A DNA stretch of 63,899 nt, filler included, from Folioceros fuciformis (GCA_049999805.1; 5 parts of 5 records of this genome joined end to end with filler, not necessarily neighbours in it); one strand, 5' to 3'; positions 1-13,906 are shown, counted from the first letter of the whole stretch. The notes: generated from the sequence alone by a model not told the origin. Made by a program: numbers and translations.

Positions 1-3000
1 AGACATTAGCATAGAAGAAGTCTATCAACTCCACTCTGAAGTATCCTCTACAAGTTGGTAAATCAAAAGCTCTGTAAATTTGAACAATAGGTCCTTTATG
101 TTTGATGAAGAAGATGTTTAAAGCCTTGGAATAACTATAGGGGAGATCATTACAACGATAGCCACTTGTATCAAGAGAATAGCTCCTTCCATGGCCCCTC
201 TCATCAGGGTACCTGTTGCGGTTGTCTTCCACATTGTTGTTAGATATCCTTGACAACCTCTCTAACCTAGGAATGATCATTTTGGAAAAAAGGTACCTTG
301 TGTTCAATTTTAGAGAGCTTTGTATTTACTAATTTATTGAGGGAGGCTTCAGAAGCAAGTTGCTAAGATTCTTCCATGATGATATCTTCAACTTGCTTGT
401 TAGCCTCATCAGCTAATCTAGATTTGGCTTAAGCTAGACGAAAAGAATCCACCCAATACTTCATGCAATCCTGGAAAGAAGCAACTAACTTGGGAATGTG
501 AAGATGAATATATATCTCCATGCACATTCCTGAAAACTCAAGAAAGTAAGGAGTAGTTCGAACCTCATGAAAAGCCTCGTTAAAAGAAGAGGACAAACGA
601 GAGAAAAGGGAATCAAGCTTATTCTCCCAAGTAGTAAGATGAGAACCCTATCTCTCTATCAAAATTTTCCATGAGATTCTTAAGGTAGGAGGGTTGCAAG
701 CATACATAAGGGTTTGCCATTAGGCAAGATGAGAAGTAAGAACATAGTCAATGAGCAAGGAGGAGTTTCATCGGGGCAACGTTAAGACAGTCAAGAAACT
801 CGTTATAATAGGGGCTCCAAGTTAACTCAACAACTAAGTTCTAAGTAGACAAGGAGGAGAACAAGGGCCCAATATTGTTAGACCTAGGATTAAACCTGAC
901 AATAGTAGGAGGATAAGCATTTTGAGCAAATGTGGAAAGTTTGTGTCATAGTTCTTCTATCCAAACATGCTTCCTAGAAGAAGGAAAGGGATCAGACCAC
1001 CATGTCGTAAGAGAGGAAAGAGTAAAAAGACTCACATAACAATATAGAAGTAGAAAAGACTTAATCAACAAAAAACAAGTAGAAAAGGGACCGCATGATC
1101 GTATATATGAGAAAAGAATGTGTACCAAAAAATGAGAGATGGACAATAGAAAGGGTTTGAAAGGGTCAAGAAGGGGGTGTATTGCTGAAGCCTCATGATG
1201 AGATGACACAAAAGTAAAGGGAAAAGAAAACCCAAATTAGTTTACGACAATACAAGGTCACCAATGAGAAAGTCTTTCATACAAATGGTGTCACCTAGCA
1301 CTGCATATATAGGCTGAGCAAGAGCCTAAGGTTCGATCAATCAAAGTGCATTGTACCCCGATGAGATATTTCTAGAATAAAACTAAGAAAATCTGTAAAT
1401 TATTTGAAATAATTCTAAAGTATTGTAGAGAAGATGCTCAAAAAAAGTTATAATCGGTTAAGTTTGGCTCTCACCAACAACTTACTTAGTTTCTTAAAAT
1501 TATGTGAACAAATTATCAGTTTCGAAACGAAGGTCCATCATATTTTTTTCTTTTGTTCGCATTATATATTCTTTAGCATACTTTTCTTCAAAAGTATTCA
1601 TATGTTTAGTTATCTACCAATGCACAAGCAAAAATGGATATATTGTATGGATATGTTGTTGCTACTAGCAACTACGTGCACCCTACTAGGACAACTTTTG
1701 CAATCCAAAAATAAGGTCTTATAGGGAGGAGAGATGGCTCCTCATGTCTACAAGGTTTCATGCCCACTATCAATGTCTTCCTTGTACATGTTGTCACCCA
1801 TGCCAATTGAAACCATTAGGGCCTTTTTTCCACCCTAGCCATGAGGACTTCAACTTTCGCTTACCCTCAAGTCATAGTAACGATTATTGTTAAGAAATGC
1901 AAGAAGTTGATTCACAAAACTGAAAAAATGGTTTGTATACTTACCCCCTTCAAATATTATCGTGTTACTCCTCTGAGCTCCACAGACCCTTAAGAATCTC
2001 GTCGCCTCATTGTTGGCTTGCATCAGTTTGCGCACAACAAGGTCATCTCCCTTTTCCACTTCTTGCCAAAGATGCTTTATCTGGTCGTAAACTTCTTTCT
2101 TTGCAAGGAGTGACATGTTCACCTAGAAGTTATATCTGTTGAGTTGATGTCGACCGAAGCGAGGTGCTAGGTGAAGATGTAAACTAATCGGATGGTCTTG
2201 CAATTAGTTGTTTACAAGAAACCTAAACCTTTTCTACTTCTCTATCGTTGCATGCGGCCCCTCTATTTTATCATTGTTCTTGTCTTCTTGTCTCATGGCT
2301 GGGCCCAATCCCTCTTTTGGGAAGAGTGTTCAAATTGAATAAATTCTTGTTAAACCTTTAGCTTTTGCTCATGATAGTCGTCCCCTTGCTTTGATCAATT
2401 TTAACCATGGGTCTAGTAGCATGAAACCCCCTATCCTCCCCCCTTGTCCTACCTTCAGTTTTTAAACAAACTTCTTCTTTTGGTTCTCCTTGTACTTAGC
2501 TCATGGATAAGATTTAAAAGGAGCTTCATGAATTCTCTACTAAAGAGTTCCAAGAAATTTCAAATCATGTTCATAATGCTAACACTTACATGGACAAATA
2601 TCCAAACTCAAGGGGAATGAGCTTCCTCATTCCCTTGAAACTCCTACCTTCTCACATCAATTATTTTCTCACTCCTTATCTCATCGAGTGGCACTCTTAT
2701 ATGGATGCTTGCGTTCTCTCCTGCCATTAGAACCCCAAGAAGATTCTCATTGATCTTAAGGTCTCTTAGAATGAGCTTGATTCCTTTCTTACTCGTCTAT
2801 CCTCCCATTTCAAGGAGGTTTTCCGTGTTTCCCCTCTCTTCCTTTGATGCGCTTGGAAATATTTCAGTATTCACACTCCCAAGCCCATAGTTGCTTTTAG
2901 AGATTGCATAAACCTTAGCTGGTTTCCCTTCCACTAGCTCCAGCCAAAACCAAACCAACTCATTTGGCAAAGAAGCATGCGAAAGACATTAGCATAGAAG

Positions 3001-3223
3001 AAGTCTATCAACTCCACTCTGAAGTATCCTTTACAAATTGTAAGAGGACGACAATATTAATCAGAATCCTTTTCTTGGCGAAAAAAAGTATCCTCTACAA
3101 GTCCGTACATCAAAAGGTCTGTAAATTTGAATAATAGGTCCTTTATATTTGATGAAGAAGATGTTTAAAGCCTTGGATTAACTACAGGGGAGATCATTAC
3201 AACAATAGCCACTAGTATCAAAC
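1..3223 (-). mobile_element. Highly degenerate putative LINE (non-LTR retrotransposon) remnants
   Basis: Minus-strand translation of ~1780-2210 gives QDHPISLHL (like the APE endonuclease SDHxPI motif), then NMSLL...IKHLW and a W..GDNMYK segment resembling the post-endonuclease region of L1-type ORF2. A mostly open minus frame at ~1-700 (..TCRGYFRVEL..) could be ORF1-like. Many stops. Bases ~1-173 recur at ~2984-3223. Confidence 0.35.
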
Positions 3224-3325
3224 AAAATAGCTCAGGTAAGCTCTTAAGCTCTCGAATACTGTTGTTGAGAAAATCTTAAGCTCTTCAATACCGTTGTTAA
3301 GAATAGCTCAGGTAAGCTTGTTGAG

Positions 3326-3540
3326 GAGCCTACCTTCACACCCTCAGGATGCCTAACTCTTTGAACTTGAGCCTACCTTCACACCCTCATGATGCCTAAC
3401 TCTTTGAAGTTGAGCCTACCTTCACACCCTCATGATGCCTAACTCTTTGAAGTTGAGCCTACCTTCACACCCTCAGGATGCCTAACTCTTTGAACTTGAG
3501 CCTACCTTCACACCCTTAGGATGCCTAACTATTTGAGCTT
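3326..3540. repeat. Minisatellite, 5 x 43 bp (GAGCCTACCTTCACACCCTCAGGATGCCTAACTCTTTGAACTT)
   Basis: Units start at 3326, 3369, 3412, 3455 and 3498; only a few substitutions per copy; no unique spacers. Confidence 0.95.
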
Positions 3541-4454
3541 TCATACATTGATAATCCAAGTTTCATATGTTGATAATCTTAAGTTTAATTGTTACAAGAA
3601 TATAGTCAATTTATGTCCACTCTTAACATTTGTGTCACAATTGTATGCCATGATAATATGTGTACACACATACACGAACAGTGTAATGAAGCCATAGGTA
3701 TCCATGATGTCATAACATAGCAAAAGCTCAACCTCCTTTTGCAATCTACTCACAAGCAACTTAGCCCTTCATTTTAACCTACTCACAATATATTCTAGTA
3801 ATTAGACAAGAGAACAACCTGCCAAAAGAGTAAGAAATGAAAAGAGACCTGCGATATCGAGCGACTCCCCTTCCTGGTCAACATGGGAGGTTGAACATCA
3901 CCAGACTAGGTCGGGGAGCCGTTTCAGAAACAATTCCTAACTGAAAGAATTTTTTTTTAAAATGACGGCATACATTTCGACAGGAACGACCCGTGTCTCA
4001 TGGTGTCATGTTTTCCTCCTTCGTGGAAAACAAAGACATTCGTTGCCGTTTCGGTTTCCACACTCGATCTTTCCACAACGTGTTCCTGAAAGTTCCGTGT
4101 GTCCCTCGTGACGGAAGCTCCAGGGAGTTGTAGACCTGGATGCACAGTCAATGGTTTGCCGTGCAGCTTATGCACTCTGTTTACTCCTACAGAATGATGA
4201 ACCACACCGCATGTGGAAAAGGAACATTCCTTGCAGGAGACAAATCGTTTCCGCACTAACACAACGGCTGCTGCCTACCGGAAACTCCGCCCTCGAGTGA
4301 TCGGGCAATCCAGCAGCTTCCCGACCAGCATACGATGCGCTTTCGCGCCTGCAGTCCCACGACGTCTTAGTCAAGAACAACTGCTTGCTCACGCGAACGG
4401 GTTGGTTTCCTGTTCACAAATATGGGTTGGTCTACTGTTCACAACAGTGAGGCA

Positions 4455-5933
4455 CTACAAGTCAAACAGAACCCAGATAAGCGACAACAAAGCGACAGTG
4501 GTAGCTCCCGTGGTTAGGATCTTCTGCCCCTTGCCTGAAACCGGAAGTTGAAGAACGGGTGTAGGTGCAGGGGGAGGCGGGGGAGGGAGCAATGCTAAGT
4601 CTGCTCCAGAGCACACGTTGAGTCCTAGCACCAAAGCCGTTCCACCCAGGGTCGGCGGGTAGCACAATCCAGCATTTTGGGAGAGAGCAAGGTTGTTCCC
4701 CAGTCGCAATACAAACTCCAAAGTGAAGGGCAGAGGGCCAGTCAGGTTGTTCGAGCTGATGTTCAGCTTTTGGAGCTGAGATAGATCTCCTAAGGTTGGA
4801 GGAATGGCACCTGTGAAGTTGTTGCCGTCCAACGCCATGTACCTCACACTTGAGAGGTTACCGATGGATGCAGGAATATCTCCCGTGAAGCCTGCCTGTG
4901 ATAGGTCCAAGGCGGCGAGGCTCTTCAGTCCGGACCAGATGCTGTTCGGCAGAGGTACCTGCATACGGTTTCTGCGCAGCACGAGGTCCTGCAAGCTTGA
5001 GAGGGCTGTAAAAGCCTCTGGAATTCCACCGCTGAGGCTATTCGCACTGAGGTCTAGCAGAACCAAGGCGCCGAGCCCGCTGAGAGCCTCCGGAATCTGG
5101 CCTTGAAGGTTGTTGCCCGACAGGTCCAGCATCTGAAGATCGCGAAGCCTGCCAAGCTCAGAGGGGATGGTACCTTGGAAGCTGTTCTTGCTGAAATCTA
5201 GCAAAACCAAGCTCTTCAGGTTGCCAAGGCTGGGAGGAATGGTCCCTGAGAAATTGTTGTTGTATACCTCTAACTGAAAAAGGTTAGACAAGCTTCCAAG
5301 TTCCGTAGGAAGTCTACCCTGAAGACCGTTCTGAATCAAGATCAGGCGCTGCAGACCTCTAATGCTGCTGATCTGAGGAGGGAGCTTTCCAATCAAAGTG
5401 GGATTTCTCTGGAAGGACAGGACTCTGAGGTTGGAGAGCCTAGAAATGTTGGAAGGGATAACAGCAGATGCATTGACAAAACAAGAAAGAAATTGAAGAT
5501 TGGTGAGATGTACGAGGTTGAACAGAGAAGGATGTATATAAGCTCTGCCCCCGCAGATGATGTTCGTCGAGAGGTCGGACGTGGAGCCCAACTCCAACGA
5601 TGTCACATAGTAGGTTCCGTTGATAGGATTACAGGAGATTCCCGTGGGCCCATAACAAGGATCAGGATAATACTTAGGCCAGTCATACTCATCGTTCACA
5701 GCTTTCCAAACATCAAACACGGCTTTCACCTCCAGATCTGTCAAGGTTGGGGCGAAGTAGTCATCAGCTGGACCGGCTGCTGGAGAGGCAGATGGAGAAG
5801 GGGGGAACGACGACTCCGGGGCTATCAGTCCATGCGATCTACAACTAAAACAGAGAAGAATCCACCAAACCACACTGAGAAAACGGGGTACTGGGTTTGA
5901 GAAACACGCGACATTTGAGAGCTCCTTGCACAT
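4455..5933 (-). CDS. Intronless LRR receptor-like protein, PII-2/RLP29-like (no kinase domain)
   Basis: First ATG at 5933. N-terminal hydrophobic stretch, cap DWPKYYPDPC..GISC, about 10 plant extracellular LRRs (LxxLxLsxNxLxGxIP), C-cap NAGLC, Pro-rich linker, terminal hydrophobic segment with no cytoplasmic tail. Confidence 0.88.
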   Translation of the reverse strand: MCKELSNVACFSNPVPRFLSVVWWILLCFSCRSHGLIAPESSFPPSPSASPAAGPADDYFAPTLTDLEVKAVFDVWKAVNDEYDWPKYYPDPCYGPTGISCNPINGTYYVTSLELGSTSDLSTNIICGGRAYIHPSLFNLVHLTNLQFLSCFVNASAVIPSNISRLSNLRVLSFQRNPTLIGKLPPQISSIRGLQRLILIQNGLQGRLPTELGSLSNLFQLEVYNNNFSGTIPPSLGNLKSLVLLDFSKNSFQGTIPSELGRLRDLQMLDLSGNNLQGQIPEALSGLGALVLLDLSANSLSGGIPEAFTALSSLQDLVLRRNRMQVPLPNSIWSGLKSLAALDLSQAGFTGDIPASIGNLSSVRYMALDGNNFTGAIPPTLGDLSQLQKLNISSNNLTGPLPFTLEFVLRLGNNLALSQNAGLCYPPTLGGTALVLGLNVCSGADLALLPPPPPPAPTPVLQLPVSGKGQKILTTGATTVALLSLIWVLFDL

Positions 5934-7429
5934 GTTGAGATCGCTGGACGAAAGCACACTGTCAGAACCCAACCGAACAACGAAGACCACAAATGCACAT
6001 TCCCAGCGGGAACAAATCAAAACTGAAGCACACAGCACGGCGGGGCGGGCTCACGTTTTTGGACAACTGACGGGGAGCTGCGCTGTAGCACGTCGCGGAG
6101 GAAACTGTCAGTTCAGGTACTGAGATTCCAACCTCCAAGACGACGCAAGACTGACTTAGCGAGAGCAAATTCCTGCATCGCTGTGAAAGCGAGAGACCTT
6201 CGGCTGCGCTGGACGAGCAGATAGACGAAAGCCGAAGACAACGCCTTCACTAGCTCAGAATCTTCTCTCCGCCATGGGAATCCAGTCAGCAAAGCAGGAA
6301 CGCCTGGGAAAAATTTCTGCACACGGAAACTTCAAGAAAGAAGACTGCAGCCACTGGCCTTCCGACGGGGAGCCCCGACGTGCACGCCTGAAGCGCAAGA
6401 CAAAGGCTTCAACTGTCTGCAAGGGAAGGAATTGGCGAGGCCCCAGAACGCAGCGGACTCGCAGACAGACAAAATCGAGCTGGGAGTCCCAGCAGAACCC
6501 ATTCCGGGCGAATCCGCGTCCCCCCCTCACTCGCTCCGGCAAAGCAGACACCAATTCCTCAACCGAGAACTTGCTCCTTCCCGACTCCTCACAGCAGCAA
6601 CCAATGCCACGAGGCGTTCAAAAATCTAGGGGCTCCAGAGCGCTTGCAGCGAGAAGCTGCCGGCAGCCCCGGCCCCCAAACCCATCTCTGACAGGCAGAC
6701 TTAAAGACAAGGCAGCAGCTGGTTTTTGGGACAGCGGCGAGGAGCAGGCAGTGGTCGAAGAGAGCAGTGAACAGTGAGACGTGAGAGAAATGGAGGAGGC
6801 TGAGCAATGATGAGAAGTGGCGCGGGGCTCTAGAGAAGAAGTGGCTCAACACAGGGGAAATGAAAGCGGAGGGCAGGCGTACCCGACAGCCGCGGGAGGC
6901 CGAAAGCAACCACAGCGCACCACACGGCGAAACGGGCGCAACTCGGCGCCCCATCGAGTCCCGCGACGGGCCGGAGTGGCGCAAAGTACTTAAACTCCAA
7001 CGCTCACGCATAGAAGGTGGCCCCTGTGTACGACACCAGGCAGACGACATGCTTACAGGATACAAAGTATCATGTTTGTGCAACCACCAGAGCAGCCAGT
7101 TGAGCGTCGGCGACAGTGGGCGGTACATTAGCACCCCTGAAATCTATGTATTAAGTCAATAGCTGCATAATTGTTGTGCAAGGACTGGTGCAACGCCAGT
7201 GATGGTGGCAGGCTGCTCCTTACATGGTACCCACTGACTGCAGTAAGGAAGGAAAGAAAAACTGTGCGCAGTGAAATGCCGGGGGGCTATAAAACGCACT
7301 ACAGCTGGCCTGGACATGCGAGCAACCTGCATACGGGCCAATGATATGAAGGCAGCAATTGCAAAGGGGAGCTTCGCTGCCACTGGCTTGATGGGGGAAA
7401 CATTTAACAAAACAAAACCTGCGGTAAGC

Positions 7430-7456
7430 GGAGGAGGAGGAGGAGGAGGAGGAGGA
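7430..7456. repeat. (GGA)n microsatellite, about 9 units
   Basis: Read directly from the sequence. Confidence 0.9.
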
Positions 7457-10400
7457 GTTGGAGGAAACGAGGTAGGAACTATGATCCCTGATGATGAAGC
7501 ATAATGGAACTTGTAGCATGATGGGCCTATAAGCTCTCCCACTCATGCACTCTGAGCACGTCCCTGCCCTCATAATGCGCTGCATCACCCACTGTCCTGC
7601 CACACTTCCCCCCGAGGTGAATGTGCAAGGGGATGCAGTAATGTACTTAGTTACCTGGGCTGGCACTGGACGCATGCGGAATGGATGTTGCCTTGCTCCA
7701 TCGAGCCTGTTGTCTTGAGCTGTTAAGGTCACGGGAAAGGGAGAAGCTTCAGTAAGCTTTGTGGTAGCCAGCCGTTGCAGTTGCTGTTGCCTGGTTTGGA
7801 CTGGCCTGCCTCTCTGACTGCTCATGCGCCACGACAGTAGTTTATTGTTATGGTTGACTAGGTAGTGGCCCACAAATCTGCACCAAAACGTGAGACAAAA
7901 CAAGCAAAGGAGGGAAAGGGAGGAACAAGCACGGAGATAAGGTAAAGGTAGTACGCAGCGACATCGGCCATCCATCCATCGTCCTTTCTCACGATCCACA
8001 CGAGTGCTGAAGGTGATCCTAATCATGTCCGCTAATGCCACGTCTGTTGAGGCAAAACTAGATTAATGGTGAACGTGGCCTCCCAGGTTGAGGTTGTGGC
8101 ATTAGGCCTGCCCACCCCCGCCCGTGGGAGAGACCGCGGTTTAATGCACTCGACCTTCCACCTCTTAAGAGAAGATTCCACAGAAACGGGTGCTTTCTCA
8201 CATTGATTGATGAAGTGCTGGCTGATGCGGGTTGCCGCCCTAGATGAGGACATTCCATCTCGTTGCGGGTCCATATTCTGTGTCTTTCTCGGTAGCCCCG
8301 TCATCCCGGAGACCGACAGCCAACAGCAACAGTTGCGCAATCTTCCCTCTAGGGCAGTGCCTAACAGATCTGATTTCTGCAAAGGAATGATGTGGTAACA
8401 GGTCTAAACCACCCCACTGACAAATCTCAGTGGCTGTCACAAACACAGACAACTTGGGAACTTGAAGCTGGCGGAGGCCGGAAAGCCTGCCATGGCCAGT
8501 CCTGCCCGCGGCCTGGTCACCAGGCTTGCCTGCTTCACGCATCCAGACAGCCTGATTTGCCAGCCAACCTCTGCAACGGAGTGCGAAAGAAAGCCTGTAG
8601 CGGTGCGGACACAACACATCCACACCATGTCATGAATAATTTAAGCACAGACTGCGACGCACACACGCCGGTTGTGCCCGTCGCAGAACTCTGCTTGCAT
8701 GTACCACTCGCCATGACAGAAGCTCAACTCGTGCGCAAACAGACAGCGAAATTTTGTTGCTACGCAGCTGTCCAGGGTTCCGACGCAGATGAGCACACAG
8801 AGAAGGAAGATCCTAACCTCGCAACAGAAATCCTGACCTCAGAACCTCAAAATTCCCGCGCCTCTATCTTCATCTTTCCTCCCGCTAGCTCCCATCGCCA
8901 GGGCTGGCACTCGGTACAACCGGCATCGACAAGAGCTGGACAGCGGATTCCAAGAATTCATGTTTTCGTTAACATTGATCCCGATTCCCGAACTTACCGT
9001 GCCGATGTACATACGTCTTGAACAGTGAAACGCACAACGCTGACAGTGGAGCTGGCTGGCAAGATGGTGGCTGGCAAGATGGCATTCCGTTCGCTCGTGG
9101 GAAGAGGGAGTGGGAAATGTGGGGATCGCAGTAAGTAGAGTACAATGATTGTAGGAACTGACACAAGCAGCAACTACAGATAGGAAAAGGCTCGGCTCGG
9201 CCCGGCCCAGTTCCAGGGTCCAAGTGCGGGACCCCGGGCATCATCATCGGGAATGAAACATGCGGCTCTCCTTCTTCCCGTTGCGGTCTCTGCATAACGG
9301 ACATGGCCTGGCCTGGCCTGCCCGACTGATGAATGTCCACCTGCATGCCATCACCTGTCCGCCATTGAATGAGTGTCCGCATGCTAGAATGTACATCCTG
9401 GACGTAGGTATGCTTCTGGTGAGCCCCGTTTGCAGCAGAGGCCACGGGTAACCGTGCGCCGTGCGGCGATGGCGTTGCCTGCCCTGCCCAGCGCCAGTCC
9501 CCAACCCCGTTACGAATGCCTCGCGAGTAGGTCTGCGTGTATGTACCAGGCGATGGAAATGATATGATATTCGAGTATTGTATTGTAGGGCTGGAAGTGC
9601 AGTGAATCAATGCGAGATATGGTAGGGCCGTGGCTCCGCCATTCAATTTCATGTAGCCCTGATTTATGGCCGGCCAGCGTCACAGGTGGCCGAGTCTCCG
9701 CAAGTCATCCCGGACTGCCAATGCGATCGCCCGCGTGCTGTACCTCGGCCCTTGAATTATCCACATATCTGCCCTCCTTTCAACTTTTCGTGCTGCTTTC
9801 CGGGGTCCTTTGTTTCGGGAAGGTTCAGGGTCGGATACGTAACGGGATTTCATGTTGGATAAATTATCTTTTGTCCGAAATTGCTGCGTACGAAGAATTT
9901 ATAGGGGACGGCTAGGGAGTCCCAAGTTGGGACACCACGCGTGGTCACCAACTCGTGAACTTGCAACCCATAAAACACAATGAAATGATTTGAGTACTCG
10001 AGGGGATGAACCATCTTCAAGTGTATTCCATGAGGACCTCGACATTGAGAATTGCCTAGAATCGCTCTCTATTGCAGCCATATCAACACAGATTTTGTGG
10101 ATAGATCACTACTTTTGTGGTGCATGGTGTCCACTTTGTTTTGGTTTTGTTCAACATTGTTTGTTTCGTCCATGTTATACTCCTTTCTATCAATACCTTA
10201 GGCCGCCCAACAAGTGCTTCAAGGGCATATGGGTGACTAGCAACCATTGTGGCTTTTGCAAGTGCTTGTCATGCTAGGCAACAAAGAGTTAGGAGGACAA
10301 CTATTGCCATTCATTACAATGACCCATGACGTTAGCCACTCATTGCCCTTTTGCTGCATTGCAGTTGGGATGTGAACCCATTTTGTTACTGGAGGCCTGA

Positions 10401-11944
10401 ATGTCGAGTGCTGTCAAAGCTTGATGTCATCCACGACTCAAGTCCCTAGTAAGCATGGAGGCATAATATAGCACTAAAGATTAGACTTTTCTGAGTACTT
10501 TATCTAAAGATAATTAAGTGCTTCTTAAAAAAGTATTGATCATTTTTTTGTTTAAAATAAGTTATAAATATGGAATCTAGACATTAAATATAATTATGCT
10601 ACAACCTTGAATTTCCAACGCAAGGATTGTGCGACTTGTAAGCGCTACATGACACGCTGCTTTCATTTGGGCAGAAAGGAAAATAACTTGACTTTCGTCC
10701 CTTTTCTAATAGCAGGAAAACGCAACAGTTTGCAAATACCTTGAACTCGTTTCAGACCTATCGCATGGCTGTAGGTCTGTTTGCCCTAGCGCCAGTTGAC
10801 TATGGCCACGACTAGGACAAATTAATCAACAGATCCAATCTATTTGTTGAGAGCATAATGACATGTCATAAATTATGTCATATTGAAGAAGGTAGAAAAT
10901 AATGTACAAAAGAATTGCACTTGAGGTTCTCCTCTACCCGCGTGAAAAGAGAGACATACAAGACAATAATTTTTCCAAGAAGAAAAACTTGCATATCCCT
11001 CAATAATATGTTCTTCTTCCAAGCACCTTCACTTTGGAATACCGATACGGTCACGTGTTCTTTCATAGAAAGTTTTGTCTGGCTATATATGGTACCATCT
11101 ACAGTTTTTAACACACTACTACAATAATATTAAAAAAATTTAAACGGTTAAAAATTATAGACTGTAAAAATATATGGTAACTTTTTATGAAAGAACATTG
11201 CACTACTACTCACAAACTTGGTCGTGTTAGTAGTAGGGCACTATTTAGGCCACGATACGGACAAATTTGCACCTGTCATAAGATTTTGTTTTTGACACGT
11301 CTAAGTTAGTCAGTTTATCACTTTATCTTTCGTTAGGGCTTAGGGTTGGACATCCATAATGGATGTGCCAAGTTCCCAGCGAACCTTGCAACGAGCAGCC
11401 TTTTCATGTTCCCTCAACACTTATGCACAGCTCTGACTGTCCCTTGGATGCTATTTCATTCATTTACCACACCACAAGCCATTGAAGGGGACGTTCCTTT
11501 AGTGCATTCCTATCTATCGTCAAACGAGTGCTTGCATTCTATTCATATTGAAGAGAAGAAGGGCACATCCCCATCTACTCGTTCTCCTCTATCTCCACAC
11601 CTAAAGGGTTCCTCCATACAAGTATCGACATTCACACCTAAAACAGATTGCACTAGTTGAGCGGGGGATAAAATTCCCACCTTTATTTCACAACCCACGA
11701 GGACAAGCCAAAGCTAAAGCAAGACAAATGAGCTCCTTAGCTTCCAGAGCTTCATTGGCCACGTGTTGAAGGAAACGAGGAGGAGGCTGGCAAGCATAAA
11801 TTGCTCCATACCGGTAGGGTGTGGAGCAGTTTACGCATGAACGCTTCCTCCTCCTCAGTGATCTTCCCATGATGTATGTGTTTTCTACATTTTTGGCATG
11901 TGTGTCTAAGCCCTAACTTTAAAAATCACAGTGTGATGCCAACC

Positions 11945-12224
11945 GTGAAAAAAAGAAATAAATCACGATGTGTCACACCAACCCTAAAAGAGAAACAGTT
12001 GTGTCCCCATCGATCCACAAGCCCTATACACTATGAACAAAAAAGTTGGTGTGTGTTGAGGTGGGCTCAATGACATAGCCATGCCAATCCAAAAAATGAA
12101 ACGAAGTGTGTTACACCAACCCTAAAAGAGAAACGGTTGTGTCCCCATCAGTCCACAAAGCCCCATACACTGTAAACAAAAAAAACTAGTGTGCGCTCAT
12201 GTGGGCTCAATGAGGTGGCCATGT
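11945..12224. repeat. Diverged tandem duplication, ~140-bp unit x2
   Basis: CACCAACCCTAAAAGAGAAAC.GTTGTGTCCCCATC...GTGGGCTCAATGA occurs twice in tandem. Confidence 0.85.
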
Positions 12225-13906
12225 ACGTATGTAGGAGATTTCTTGAGTATATTGTACAAAGTATGTATCTGAGAAAAAAAAGATGAGTATCAGTATTCCA
12301 TACACATGCCATCCTCATAGATCAAAGAATCATGGCTATGATCCCACGATACAAAACACACAACTCACTATGCTCTATGGAATACCGGTATGGTCAAGGT
12401 GCCTTTCATATAATGTTTTGCTCCTCCCTAGACGATCCAACTGTCTAGACATCACAAACCTGCGCACATCAGTAGTCAGCAACCATTTGGGCATCTCGAT
12501 AAAGACAACGAAATGTATACTAGGGACATAAGTTTTTGTTTTTGACACGTCTTTGTCACTCTATCACATATAATGTTTTTTAGGGTTTACGATTCCCTAC
12601 AAACCCAGCCACATTCAGTACTAAGGAAGATCGCACAGGGATGTCACTGACCACTCACTTTCCCACACCCCTAGTCCCTTAGGGTGTTATGTGCGAAGCT
12701 GAAGTGGATGTCCCTTGCAGCTATGTTGTCTATCTCCACAACACGCTGCGTTTAGGGTTTTAGGGTTGGAGTAAAGGAGATGCCCCCTTCGTGCCTTCCC
12801 ATGTATTGCCACACAACTTACTACAAGTAGATCTCCCCTTCCGCACGTTCTCCTCCCATGTCCGCACCTTCAACATTCCCTTCGTATAACCACCAACATT
12901 CACACTTGAAATGCATAGCCATAGGGTACGAAGGAATGAAATCCCCATCTTTATTCCAAAGCCCATGAGGGCCAAATGTACAAAGCGTTTCACCTAAAAT
13001 TGTTCATGCCCCTTACCCACTAGGTAGACACTTCTCTATTATAGAGAGCAAAGGAGGCAAATGCCCCTCCATGCCCACGAAGCGGCCTCCTCCTCCATCC
13101 AAGGCTATAGGTAGGACTCCAGGGGCTCTAGTGTGCTCTTACACTCTCTACACAATGTTATAAAGGCCAATTGCAAGCGGTACATATCAAGGAGGTAGTC
13201 CATACCCTCAAAATCTTTGACATATGCGTTGTCGCGGGTGATCTGCAGTGCCTGTAGAAACCACATAAGCGGTTTGTGTTATCAACATCACCACCTACAA
13301 TCAGCACAACGTACAATCCTAGAACTACAATGTGGAGGCAACTGCAAGTTGCATTTCCAAACGCAACCACAGCGTTTTGCATGTCCATCTGCAGCAACAA
13401 CCTAAAACACACAATGGACCTCCAAAGTGCAAGCACACACTATATACACAAGGTACAACCACACCTTACACACTCACTATGCACCATAAGTCTGTTGCCT
13501 CAATCCCCACCCTTAGTTATGAACCACAACCACAACTGCAAGAACATGTTTAAACCATAGTCTGCAACTACACTTAGCCTTGCCATGTTCACTTCCAATG
13601 TGCAATTTGAATATGCAATTCCAGTCTGTACCTATGACCTGCAAGGACAACCAATAACTACAATCTGCAACCACGATTCCTTCCCATACTCTGGAACTAC
13701 ATCGTGCAACCATTATTGGCAATTACATTATGCAATTACAACTTGGTTTACGGTTTAGAACTACACATGGGCACATTCAATATACCAACCTGCAATGTCT
13801 ATTCACACTACACAAGTAGGGAAGGTCATGAATATGTGCACCTACAATGAGATTAAGAACGTTCATGCCGATCCAACAGGCAATAGTTTCAGGTGGCGAG
13901 CATGAA

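Noticed and set aside
3326-3540. Regular repeats here and at 28258-28680 as possible CRISPR arrays
   Set aside because: Head-to-tail units with no unique spacers, no cas genes, eukaryotic context.
6113-9915. Numerous 60-270-aa ORFs upstream of the LRR gene, including a TATAAAA-preceded Gly-rich short ORF near 7290-7504
   Set aside because: No recognisable family or consistent exon chain; the Gly/Pro run is just the GGA microsatellite. I also saw no conserved plant miRNA sequence.
11114-11240. CACTACTAC starts and a small hairpin suggesting a CACTA or Helitron end
   Set aside because: No matching opposite terminus, TSD, transposase or helicase found.
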